Assembly: GCA_963734545.1 (NCBI GenBank)
Contig: CAVTHO010000005.1
Span: 134,886 to 198,885 of the forward strand
Length of the DNA: 64,000 nt
Direction: 5' to 3'
DNA from: an uncultured Spirochaetota bacterium
GTDB taxonomy: Bacteria; Spirochaetota; Spirochaetia; SZUA-6; Fen-1364
The position numbers and the translations under genes were made by a program. Shown one piece after another: positions 27,608-36,239 of the stretch. The notes under the pieces are model-generated. The model did no database searches, was not told the origin of the DNA, and worked only from the letters and a program-made list of their open reading frames with translations. Positions within the stretch are counted from its first letter, which is position 1. Every line of letters starts with the position of its first letter.

Positions 27608-28522
27608 ATGATAAAATGGCGGCGGCCGTGGAAGGCAGGAATGAGAGGAGAGCGGGCTTCCGATCAGGCGTTTCGAATGACGCTCAGCATCGGGGGGATC
27701 GCGGTGAGCATTCTGCTCGTCGCGATCTTCCTTTCTCTCCTGCTTGCCTCCCGGCCGGCGCTTGTTGCGAACGGCTTCCGATTCCTCACGGGAACCGACT
27801 GGGACCCCGTCACAAACCGATTTAACGCGCTTCCCGTTCTCTTCGGGACTCTCGTCACGTCACTGGTCGCGCTCCTCATCGCCACAATCCTCTCCATTGC
27901 CCTGGCCGTCCTTCTGGGTGAATATTTCAAGACCGGCCCTTTCGCGTCGATCATGCGGACGTCGGTCGAGCTCCTTGCCGGAATCCCATCGGTGGTCTAC
28001 GGCTTCATCGGGCTGTTTTTCCTCGTGCCTCTCATGCGGGCCCTTCAAATGGCGCTCGGCATGCCTCCCATAGGGGTGGGGATCCTCACCGCGGCGGTGC
28101 TCCTCGCCTTCATGATACTTCCCTATGCCGCGTCGATCGGGAGAGAGATGATCCGCCTGGTGCCGAGTGATCTCAAGGAGGCGGCCCTTTCCCTGGGCGC
28201 AACCCCGTCCGAGACGATCTGGAAGGTGACCCTGCCCTATGCCCGATCGGGCATCATGGGAGGAATCCTGCTCTCCCTCGGCCGGGCGCTGGGGGAGACA
28301 ATGGCAGTGACCATGGTGATCGGCAACGCCAATGTTCTTACCTGGAATCTCCTCAGCCCCGGAAACACGATGGCGAGCGTGATTGCCAACGAGTTCAGCG
28401 AGGCGACCTCGGAAGTCTATCTGGCGAGTCTCATCGAGGTCGCCCTTCTGCTTTTCGTGATCAGCACGCTCATCAACATCGTGGGCAAGATCATTCTGAA
28501 CAGGATGGCACACGATGCCTGA
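27608..28522 (+). CDS. pstC: Phosphate ABC transporter permease PstC
   Basis: 304-aa ORF, multi-TM, with the EAA-type loop REMIRLVPSDLKEAALSLGATPSETIWKVTLP. Positioned between pstS and pstA. Confidence 0.85.
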   Translation: MIKWRRPWKAGMRGERASDQAFRMTLSIGGIAVSILLVAIFLSLLLASRPALVANGFRFLTGTDWDPVTNRFNALPVLFGTLVTSLVALLIATILSIALAVLLGEYFKTGPFASIMRTSVELLAGIPSVVYGFIGLFFLVPLMRALQMALGMPPIGVGILTAAVLLAFMILPYAASIGREMIRLVPSDLKEAALSLGATPSETIWKVTLPYARSGIMGGILLSLGRALGETMAVTMVIGNANVLTWNLLSPGNTMASVIANEFSEATSEVYLASLIEVALLLFVISTLINIVGKIILNRMAHDA

Positions 28523-29364
28523 CGCGGTGATCCGCGGACGGCTCCGGCAGGATCTCCTCTTCCGCGGCGTCGTGCTGGCCCTTTCCCTCCTGGCAACGGT
28601 CCCGCTGGTGCTCATCCTGGCGTTCATCGTCGTGCGCGGAGCATCTTCGATCAACTGGGCCTTTCTCACCGAGCTGCCGAAGCCTATTGGCGAAACCGGC
28701 GGGGGCATTGCGAACGCGATTGTCGGCACCTTTATCATCATCGTCGTGAGCACCATTATCTCCGTCCCGTTGGGGGTTATTGCCGGCATCTTTCTCTCGG
28801 AAAGCGGGAAGACCCGGCTGGGCGCGGTAGCCCGCCTGTCCATAGAGACCCTCATGGGCATCCCTTCGATCGTGATCGGAATCGTCGCCTACGTCTGGAT
28901 CGTGCGGCCGATGGGGCACTTCTCCGCGCTCTCGGGGGGGCTCGCCCTCGCAATGATCATGCTTCCCGTGATCACGTTGTCCACGGAGGAGACGCTCCTG
29001 CTCATCCCCGTGACGCTGCGCGAGGCGGCGCTCGCCCTCGGCGTGTCCTATACGGGGACGATTCTGAAGGTCATTCTTCCCGCAGGCATGAGCGGCATCG
29101 TCACCGGCACCCTCCTCGCCGTGGCGCGCGGAGCAGGGGAAACGGCGCCGCTCCTGTTCACGGCTTTCGGCAATCCGTTCATGAACGTCGAACATCTTGA
29201 AGCCGATGGAGTCCCTTCCCCAGACGATCTTCTACTACGCCACGAGCCCCTACCCCGAGTGGCATTCCCTCGCATGGGGTGCCGCATTCGTCCTGCTGGC
29301 AATCGTTCTCACGCTGAATATCGTGACAAAGCTGGTGACATCGAGATGGAAGACCCAATTCTGA
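28515..29364 (+). CDS. pstA: Phosphate ABC transporter permease PstA (one frame break in this assembly)
   Basis: N-terminal 225 aa from track ORF 28515. After ..FGNPFMNV the true C-terminus (NILKPMESLPQTIFYYATSPYPEWHSLAWGAAFVLLAIVLTLNIVTKLVTSRWKTQF, stop 29362-29364) lies in the +1 frame. Break at about 29188-29191. Confidence 0.8.
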
Positions 29365-30125
29365 GCGCCGAAACGACAATCCTGGAAACGCGGCACCTCG
29401 TGGCCGGTTTCGACGGGAAGGACGTGGTGAAGGACATCTCCATTGCCGTTCCCGCCGGCAGGATCACGGCAATCATGGGGCCGTCGGGCTGCGGCAAGAC
29501 GACCTTCATGCGGTGCATCAACCGGATGCACGAGCTGGCGGCGAACGCGCAGGTGACCGGGCAGGTCCTCCTGGACGGGGAGGACGTGTACCAGCTCAAC
29601 CCCATCCTCCTGCGCCGGCGCATCGGCATGGTGTTCCAGAGACCGAACCCCTTCCCGACCATGAGCATCTACGACAACGTGGTGGCCGGCTACAACCTGA
29701 ACGGCGCGCGCCTGCCGCGGGTGGACCGGGACCGCATCGTGGAAGAGACCCTGCGGCGCGTGACCCTCTGGGACGAGGTCAAGGACTCCCTGTACCGGCG
29801 CGGCACCTTCCTCTCCGGCGGCCAGCAGCAGAGGCTGTGCATCGCCCGGGCCCTTGCCATGAAACCCGAGATCCTCCTCCTGGACGAGCCGACCTCCGCG
29901 CTGGACCCGAAGGCCACGGCTGCCATCGAGGAGCTCATCGTCTCCTTGAAGGGCGTGGTCACCATCGTGCAGGTCACGCACAACATCCCGCAGGCTGCGC
30001 GGATCTCCGACTACACGGCGTTCATCCACCTCGGCGAGCTGGTCGAGTTCGGCCCGACCAGGACGCTTTTCACGGTGCCCCGGGACAAGAGAACCGAGGA
30101 GTACCTCTCGGGAAAGTTCGGATAG
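29346..30125 (+). CDS. pstB: Phosphate ABC transporter ATP-binding protein PstB
   Basis: ATG 29346. Walker A GPSGCGKTT, signature LSGGQQQRLCIARA, Walker B ILLLDEPTSALD. Overlaps the pstA end. Confidence 0.9.
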   Translation: MEDPILSAETTILETRHLVAGFDGKDVVKDISIAVPAGRITAIMGPSGCGKTTFMRCINRMHELAANAQVTGQVLLDGEDVYQLNPILLRRRIGMVFQRPNPFPTMSIYDNVVAGYNLNGARLPRVDRDRIVEETLRRVTLWDEVKDSLYRRGTFLSGGQQQRLCIARALAMKPEILLLDEPTSALDPKATAAIEELIVSLKGVVTIVQVTHNIPQAARISDYTAFIHLGELVEFGPTRTLFTVPRDKRTEEYLSGKFG

Positions 30126-30133
30126 GAGGGGCC

Positions 30134-30793
30134 ATGCCCATACCGGAGATGGACGCGCTGAAGGCACGCCTGGTTGCCTACGGACAATTCGTCCAGGAAA
30201 TGATCGAAAAAAGCCGCCGGGCGCTCGTGGCCCGCCAGGCTGCGCTGCCCCGGGACATCATCGAAACGGATGAGCCCCGGGCCAATCGGACGGAGATCGA
30301 CCTGGAGGCCGAGTGCACGTCCCTCATCGCGCGGCACCAGCCCATGGCCAAAGATCTCCGCACCATCCTCATGGTTCTGGGGATCACGAATGACCTCGAG
30401 CGCATTGCCGACCACTCGGTGAACATCGCCGGGGCCGTGGGGGACCACATCAACGGCACTCTGCTGCGGCCCGATGATACGGTCCTCCGAATGTTCGAGG
30501 AAACGATCCACATGGTGGACGGAGCAATCCGCGCATTCATCGACGAGGACCCGGCCCTCGGCCAGAAGGTCTGCGAGTCGGACGCCACGGTAGACGCGCT
30601 GGCCACCCGGATCCTGGACGGGCTGAGCGCATCCATGACCCGCGCGCCTTCCACTGTGCCGGAAAACCTTGCCCTTCTGAAAATCGCGGGAAACCTCGAG
30701 CGAATAGCCGACCTGTCGACTAATATTGGAGAAGACGTGATCTACATGACCGAAGGCCGGGTGATCAAACACCACCAGGAAGATGTAAAGTAA
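30134..30793 (+). CDS. phoU: Phosphate signalling regulator PhoU
   Basis: ATG 30134 follows GGAGGGG. Two PhoU repeats carrying ERIADHSVNIA and ERIADLSTNIGEDVIY. Confidence 0.85.
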   Translation: MPIPEMDALKARLVAYGQFVQEMIEKSRRALVARQAALPRDIIETDEPRANRTEIDLEAECTSLIARHQPMAKDLRTILMVLGITNDLERIADHSVNIAGAVGDHINGTLLRPDDTVLRMFEETIHMVDGAIRAFIDEDPALGQKVCESDATVDALATRILDGLSASMTRAPSTVPENLALLKIAGNLERIADLSTNIGEDVIYMTEGRVIKHHQEDVK

Positions 30794-30796
30794 GAC

Positions 30797-31276
30797 ATGG
30801 AAATCTACTTTCTTCGACATGGGGATGCGGGCGCTGCGGAAGGGTGGAAGGGCAGCGACGCCGAGCGGCCTTTGAGCAAAGAGGGGACGGCACAGATGGA
30901 AAAAGAGGCCGCGGCCATCGCGAGACTGCGCCCGGCACTGGATGCGATCCTCACGAGCCCGCTGGTGCGTGCGCAACAGACAGCGCGGATCGTGGCAAAG
31001 AAGCTGCGCCTCGCGCAGGCCCTGGTCGTGGAGGAACGCCTTGCGCCCGGGTTTGCCGCAGCAGAGCTCAAACGAATCCTGAAGGAGCGCCGCGGCTCCC
31101 GCGGGCTGCTGCTGGTGGGACACGAGCCGGACTTCAGCAGGGTCATTTCCGCCTGCATTGGCGGGGGGAGCGTCGAGTGCAGGAAAGGGAGCCTCATCCG
31201 GGTGGACATGGATGACCCGGCCGCCCTTTCAGGTGTCCTGGTGTGGCTGCTTCCGCCCCGCGCGCTTGCCCTGTGA
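30797..31276 (+). CDS. sixA: Phosphohistidine phosphatase SixA-like (histidine phosphatase superfamily)
   Basis: IYFLRHGDAG (RHG motif), PLSKEG, LVGHEPDFS. Starts 3 nt after the phoU stop. Confidence 0.75.
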   Translation: MEIYFLRHGDAGAAEGWKGSDAERPLSKEGTAQMEKEAAAIARLRPALDAILTSPLVRAQQTARIVAKKLRLAQALVVEERLAPGFAAAELKRILKERRGSRGLLLVGHEPDFSRVISACIGGGSVECRKGSLIRVDMDDPAALSGVLVWLLPPRALAL

Positions 31277-31923
31277 GCGTCGAGATCGAAGCGAAATTCC
31301 GCATCCCCCGGCGCGCCACGTACAACCGGATCCGCGCCCTCACCCGGATCGGCGGGTATTCTCTTCTCGAGGGACGAATGGAGAACGTTCTCGATGTGTA
31401 CAGGGACACTGCGGAACGCACGCTTCTCACGGCCGGGTATGCCTGCAGGTGCCGCAGTCGGGAAGGCCCGTTCCTCATCACGGTGAAGTCCGTAGCCCTT
31501 CCGCGCAGCGACGTGCATCGCCGGGAGGAGCTGGAAGTGACGATCCCGCGCCACGCCGCTCCCGCCGCATGGCCTGATTCGGCCGCCCGGGAGAGGGTTC
31601 TCGGACTGATCGGCGGGCATCCCCTGGAGGAGCTGTTTCGCCTGAGCCAGGCCAGGTTCGTGAGACCCGTGGTCGAAGGAGATCGGCTCGTTGCGAGCGC
31701 CAGCCTCGACGAGGTGAGCGTCAGCGCGCGTGGTGCCGTGCGTCAGTGGCGCGAGCTGGAAGTGGAGCTTGCGCCGACAGGGACGGAGGAGGATCTGGCG
31801 GCGATCTCCACCTGGCTGCGGAAAGCTCTCAGGCTCCGTCCCGCGGCTGCCTCGAAGTTCGAAACGGCGCTTGAGATCACCGGCAGCCTGGCGCGCCGTG
31901 GCCGCGCGGTGAGCAGGAAATGA
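31273..31923 (+). CDS. CYTH-domain protein (triphosphate tunnel metalloenzyme family)
   Basis: Track ORF starts at GTG 31243. GTG 31273 overlaps the sixA stop as GTGA. EIEAKF provides the ExExK signature at the N-terminus. Further acidic/basic strand motifs: RREELEV, WRELEVEL. Confidence 0.7.
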   Translation: MSVEIEAKFRIPRRATYNRIRALTRIGGYSLLEGRMENVLDVYRDTAERTLLTAGYACRCRSREGPFLITVKSVALPRSDVHRREELEVTIPRHAAPAAWPDSAARERVLGLIGGHPLEELFRLSQARFVRPVVEGDRLVASASLDEVSVSARGAVRQWRELEVELAPTGTEEDLAAISTWLRKALRLRPAAASKFETALEITGSLARRGRAVSRK

Positions 31924-33005
31924 TCGCGAAGCGCTCCGCGCCCCTGTATGCAACGTCAATCCAGGGAACCCTCCAGAAGCTCTTCGAGGAGGCGCCCCGT
32001 GTTGTGCTGGGCGCGACCGACCGTATCGTGATCCTGAGCGATCTCCACCTCGGCGATGGAGGGCCGCGGGACGATTTTCGCCACAATGCGGCGCTGGTGC
32101 AGGATGTCCTTCGAGACTACTACCTCGAGGCCGGATACTCGCTGGTGCTCAACGGCGACATCGAGGAGCTGCAGCGTTTCCGCTACGCGTCGATCCGGGC
32201 ACGCTGGGGACCGGTCCTGGCGCTCTTTGAAGAGTTCCGACGGCGGACGGCGTTGTACAAAATCCTGGGCAACCACGACCAGGGGCTGCGCGTCCTTGCG
32301 CAGAAACGCTCCGCGGACTCCTTTCTCGACGCCATCTGCTTCACCTTCGATGCGGATACGATTTTTCTCTTTCACGGGCATCAGGCAACCATCTTCTTCG
32401 AGCGCTTCAACGGAGTTTCGGAGTTCTTCCTTCGATATGTGGCCAACACGCTGCGCATCCCGAATGTTCCCGTCCAGTACGAAAGCCGTAAGAAGTACCT
32501 GACCGAGGACCGGGTGTACGCATTCTCCAGCAGCCGCAAGGTCGTCTCGATCATCGGACACACGCATCGACCGCTTTTTGAATCGCTTTCCAAGATCGAT
32601 ACCCTGCGATTCATGATCGAACAGCTCTGTCGTGACTACCCTGCCGTTTCTCCCCGAGCGCGAAAGGCCATCGAAACCGCGATTGTTGCCTACCGCAAGG
32701 AGCTGACGCGGCTGTGGGAAAGGGACCGTGAAGACGGCCTGCGAAGCAGCCTCTACAACGAGCAGATCAGCATCCCCTGCCTCTTCAACTCGGGCTGCGG
32801 AATCGGCAAGCGGGGCGTGACGGCCATCGAGATCGCCGGCGGGGACATCGCCCTGGTGCACTGGTTCGACCGCACCCGCGGCGAGCGGTATATGCGGGAG
32901 AACGGAAGGCCTGCGGAACGGCTGGGTGCGACAAACTACTATCGCGCCGTTCTCAAGCAGGACCGGCTTCAGTACGTATTCACACGGATCAGGCTCCTCG
33001 CCTGA
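31920..33005 (+). CDS. Calcineurin-like metallophosphoesterase
   Basis: Motifs: ILSDLHLGDG, LNGDIEE, LGNHD, FHGHQ, GHTHRP. 4-nt overlap with the CYTH gene. Confidence 0.8.
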   Translation: MIAKRSAPLYATSIQGTLQKLFEEAPRVVLGATDRIVILSDLHLGDGGPRDDFRHNAALVQDVLRDYYLEAGYSLVLNGDIEELQRFRYASIRARWGPVLALFEEFRRRTALYKILGNHDQGLRVLAQKRSADSFLDAICFTFDADTIFLFHGHQATIFFERFNGVSEFFLRYVANTLRIPNVPVQYESRKKYLTEDRVYAFSSSRKVVSIIGHTHRPLFESLSKIDTLRFMIEQLCRDYPAVSPRARKAIETAIVAYRKELTRLWERDREDGLRSSLYNEQISIPCLFNSGCGIGKRGVTAIEIAGGDIALVHWFDRTRGERYMRENGRPAERLGATNYYRAVLKQDRLQYVFTRIRLLA

Positions 33006-33130
33006 GAATCGGGTCCCGCGAGAAGTTCCATACCCCGCTCGAATAGGAAAGCTCGCCCCTCGGCAGAAACCGGGAGCGGGCGGGACGAAATCCGCCGAAC
33101 ACGTCGGCGAGGAGGGGAACCGAAATGGGA

Positions 33131-34156
33131 CTAGAACCTGGCGCTGAAGGAGTAGTCGAAACGGACTCCAAAAGTCCAGTCATTTTTGTCGTAGAAGCCG
33201 GCCGAGACCGCGTTGTTGCCCTCGAACGCATTGAAGTTGGCGATCGCGTAGCTGAACATCGGATTGATCTTGAAATTCCTGGCCACCTGGATGGGGAGCT
33301 CGACGCCGATGGCGGTGTTGGGGTTGTTTGAGAAATCGACGAGGGTGTCGGTCACGAGGTAGATCGTCGGCGCAACGACGCCCGCACTGTACGTGAGCTG
33401 CGCATAGTAGGTAAGCTCGTGCTTTGCCGCCACATCGTTGATGTTCAAGGCAGCGAATTCATTTGTAAACGTGAACCCATATGCCGACACGGTGAAGTAC
33501 CCGTCAACACTGATTCCTGTGGGTTTGGTCATGCCAACCTGCTGGGGAATCATCTGGCTTTCCGCGCCGACTTCAAGCTTGATATCCGGCCCGAGATCCG
33601 GTTTGACCACAATGGCGGGGATGAAATAGAGCCAGGGATCCTGCTGGTACTTCAGGGTTTGTGTCTGGCTGGCGCCCGCTGCCAGGGGCGGGAAGATCAT
33701 GTAGTTGCCGGAGATGAAGCTGATGTCGGATTTGTTTCCGACCTGCAGACCCGCCCAGCCGAGGCCGGGAATCGCATACTTGACCCCTGCCAGGAGCATG
33801 CGCGCCCCGCCGTAAATGGCGACTATCTGCTCGAAGTTCGTGTAGGTCTTGCCGAGAGTCAGGGTGAGGTTGTCCATCGGAACCCAGTCGATGTACGCGT
33901 GGCGGAACTCGCCGTTGCGGGGGTCCAGCTCGAGAGTGGATTTCAAGCCGTCCGCAAGCTGAGCCCTGAAGCCGAGCCGGAGCTTGCTGATGGTGAAGTT
34001 GCCGAGCGCGGGCTGGTTCAGGCCCCATTCTGTGCCCGACATCTGATAGTCGAAGAACGTCGACCCGTAGATCTCGTAGTTCGTCACGGGTGCGGTCTGG
34101 GCGAACGCCGATGCCGCGACGAGCACAAGCGCGCCGATGAAAAGATGCTTCTTCAT
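33131..34156 (-). CDS. Outer-membrane porin-like beta-barrel (possibly phosphate-selective, judged from context only)
   Basis: ATG 34156 follows AGGGAGG. Signal MKKHLFIGALVLVAASAFAQ. Alternating beta-strand pattern throughout. Ends in FDYSFSARF, a C-terminal Phe. Confidence 0.7.
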   Translation of the reverse strand: MKKHLFIGALVLVAASAFAQTAPVTNYEIYGSTFFDYQMSGTEWGLNQPALGNFTISKLRLGFRAQLADGLKSTLELDPRNGEFRHAYIDWVPMDNLTLTLGKTYTNFEQIVAIYGGARMLLAGVKYAIPGLGWAGLQVGNKSDISFISGNYMIFPPLAAGASQTQTLKYQQDPWLYFIPAIVVKPDLGPDIKLEVGAESQMIPQQVGMTKPTGISVDGYFTVSAYGFTFTNEFAALNINDVAAKHELTYYAQLTYSAGVVAPTIYLVTDTLVDFSNNPNTAIGVELPIQVARNFKINPMFSYAIANFNAFEGNNAVSAGFYDKNDWTFGVRFDYSFSARF

Positions 34157-34226
34157 GCAAAACCTCCCTGGTCGGTAATTGCGCGGCAGGCAGCCGCGTG
34201 CCGCGCGGGACGACATTCGGCCGCGC

Positions 34227-34269
34227 GTGTTAGTCTTCCATGAAGGCAGTCTTTGTTTTCGGTTAATTC
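34227..34269. promoter_or_regulatory. Candidate Pho-box-like element in the porin/parE intergenic region
   Basis: GTGTTAGT (34227-34234) and TTCGGTTAATTC (34258-34269). The two GTTA copies are 33 bp apart, three times 11. Read on the porin coding strand the 8-mer is TTAACCGA, the same orientation as upstream of pstS. Confidence 0.3.
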
Positions 34270-34282
34270 ATTTTTGCCGCAC

Positions 34283-34312
34283 TTGACGTATTCGACCCAT
34301 TCTCCTTACTAT
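34283..34312 (+). promoter_or_regulatory. Putative sigma70-type promoter for parE
   Basis: TTGACG (34283-34288), 18-nt spacer, TACTAT (34307-34312). About 80 nt upstream of ATG 34392. Confidence 0.35.
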
Positions 34313-34391
34313 GGAAAGAAATACGGACCATGCCCGCCCGTGGAGCGAAAGCGGTGGGACCCATTCCCCGTTCATTCATGTAAGGACGCAT

Positions 34392-36218
34392 ATGCCGAAA
34401 ACTGCCGTCAGGTACGACGAGAAAGCAATCCAGACCCTCGATTCCCTGGAGCACATCCGCCTGCGCACAGGGATGTATATCGGGCGGCTCGGTGATGGCT
34501 CCAACCCCACGGACGGTATCTACATTCTCCTGAAAGAGATCATCGACAACAGCGTGGACGAGTTCATCATGGGGGAGGGAAAGGTCATCGAGATCGTCCG
34601 GAAAAAGGAGTCGATGGCGGTCCGTGACTACGGCCGCGGCATCCCGCTGGGCAAAGTGATCGACTGCGTGAGCAAGGTCAATACGGGCGGCAAGTTCAAC
34701 GACGAGGTGTTCCAGTTCTCCGTGGGTCTGAACGGCATCGGCACCAAGGCGGTCAATGCGCTGTCTGCTGATTTCGAGGTTGCCAGCTTCCGCGAAGGGA
34801 AGTTCATGCAGGGGCTCTTCAAGACCGGCAAGCTCGTCAGCCAGAAGGAAGGCAGGGAGCCAAAGGCCAGAACAGGCACACTGGTCCGGTTCACCCCTGA
34901 CCCGAAGATCTTCGGCTCGTATGCATGGAACGACGATTTCATCCTCAAGAGGCTGCGCTACTACGCCTACCTGAACAGGGGCCTGCGCTTCCTGTACAAC
35001 GGTGAAACGGTCGTGAGCCAGGGCGGGCTGCAGGACCTTCTCGTGGAAGAGATAGGCGACGAGTCCATGCACTACGAGATCGCCCACTTCAAGGGTCCCC
35101 ACCTGGAGTTCGCCTTTACGCACACGGCCAACTATGGAGAAAACTACTTCAGCTTCGTAAACGGCCAGTTCACCATCGACGGCGGGACTCACCAGACCGC
35201 CTTCCGCCTGGGGGTGTTGAAAGCCATCGACGACTACGCGGGGATCAACTTCTCCGCGGAGGACGTGCGGGAGGGGATGATCGGCGCAGTGGCCATCAAG
35301 CTCAAGGACCCCGTCTTCGAAAGCCAGACAAAGCACAAGCTGGGCAACAACGAGATACGCGGCTGGGTGGCGGAGGAGGTCAAGCAGCAGACACTCACAT
35401 GGCTGCACAAGAACGAATCGGAGGCGAAGAAGCTCGTCGAGAAGATAAAGTCGAACGAGCGGATCAGGAAAGAGCTCTCCACGATCAAGAAGCAGGCGCG
35501 GGAGATGGCCCGCAAGGTGGAGATCCACATCCCCAAGCTCACCGACTGCAAGGTGCACTACGATGACTTGAAGGACAAACGGCGGGAGGAGACCAGCATC
35601 TTTCTCACGGAGGGGGATTCGGCCGGCGGTCCCATGATCCAATCGCGGGACGTGTATACCCAGGCCATCTTCTCCCTCAGGGGAAAGCCGCTGAACGTGT
35701 ACGGCATGAAGCGGGACACCGTGTACAAGAACGAGGAGCTGTACAACATCATGCGCGCCCTGGGCATCGAGGAAGACCTGGAGGGCCTGCGCTACAACAA
35801 GGTGATCATCGCCACGGACGCGGACGTGGACGGCATGCACATCAGGAACCTCCTGCTCACCTACTTCCTGCACTACTTCGAGGAGCTGGTCCTGAAGGGC
35901 CATGTCTATATCCTGGAGACCCCGCTCTTCAGGGTGCGCACGAAGAATGAAACCGTCTACTGCTACAGCGAATCGGAGCGGGACGTCGCAATGAAGCGCT
36001 TGAAGGGAAACGAGGTCACTCGTTTCAAGGGCCTGGGGGAAATAAGCCCCGGGGAGTTCAAGCAGTTCATGGGAAACGACATCCGCCTCCTGGAAGTGCA
36101 GATCCAGTCCATGGGCGGCGTGCACAAGACCCTGGAGTTTCTCATGGGAAAGAACACGCCGGAGAGGAAAAAATTCATCGTGAACAATCTCGTGGCCGAT
36201 GTGCTGCAGGGCGCATAG
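34392..36218 (+). CDS. parE: Type IIA topoisomerase subunit B (topoisomerase IV ParE-like, short form)
   Basis: ATG 34392 inside track ORF 34311..36218. GHKL motif LLKEIIDNSVDEF. Toprim motifs TEGDSAGG, SLRGKPLNV, IATDADVDGMHI. Confidence 0.85.
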   Translation: MPKTAVRYDEKAIQTLDSLEHIRLRTGMYIGRLGDGSNPTDGIYILLKEIIDNSVDEFIMGEGKVIEIVRKKESMAVRDYGRGIPLGKVIDCVSKVNTGGKFNDEVFQFSVGLNGIGTKAVNALSADFEVASFREGKFMQGLFKTGKLVSQKEGREPKARTGTLVRFTPDPKIFGSYAWNDDFILKRLRYYAYLNRGLRFLYNGETVVSQGGLQDLLVEEIGDESMHYEIAHFKGPHLEFAFTHTANYGENYFSFVNGQFTIDGGTHQTAFRLGVLKAIDDYAGINFSAEDVREGMIGAVAIKLKDPVFESQTKHKLGNNEIRGWVAEEVKQQTLTWLHKNESEAKKLVEKIKSNERIRKELSTIKKQAREMARKVEIHIPKLTDCKVHYDDLKDKRREETSIFLTEGDSAGGPMIQSRDVYTQAIFSLRGKPLNVYGMKRDTVYKNEELYNIMRALGIEEDLEGLRYNKVIIATDADVDGMHIRNLLLTYFLHYFEELVLKGHVYILETPLFRVRTKNETVYCYSESERDVAMKRLKGNEVTRFKGLGEISPGEFKQFMGNDIRLLEVQIQSMGGVHKTLEFLMGKNTPERKKFIVNNLVADVLQGA

Positions 36219-36239
36219 CATCGATAGAAGGAAGACACC

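Noticed and set aside
28515-30125. 536-aa ORF that looks like a PstA-PstB fusion
   Set aside because: Same artefact. The PstA C-terminus continues in the +1 frame to a stop at 29364, and pstB starts at its own ATG 29346.
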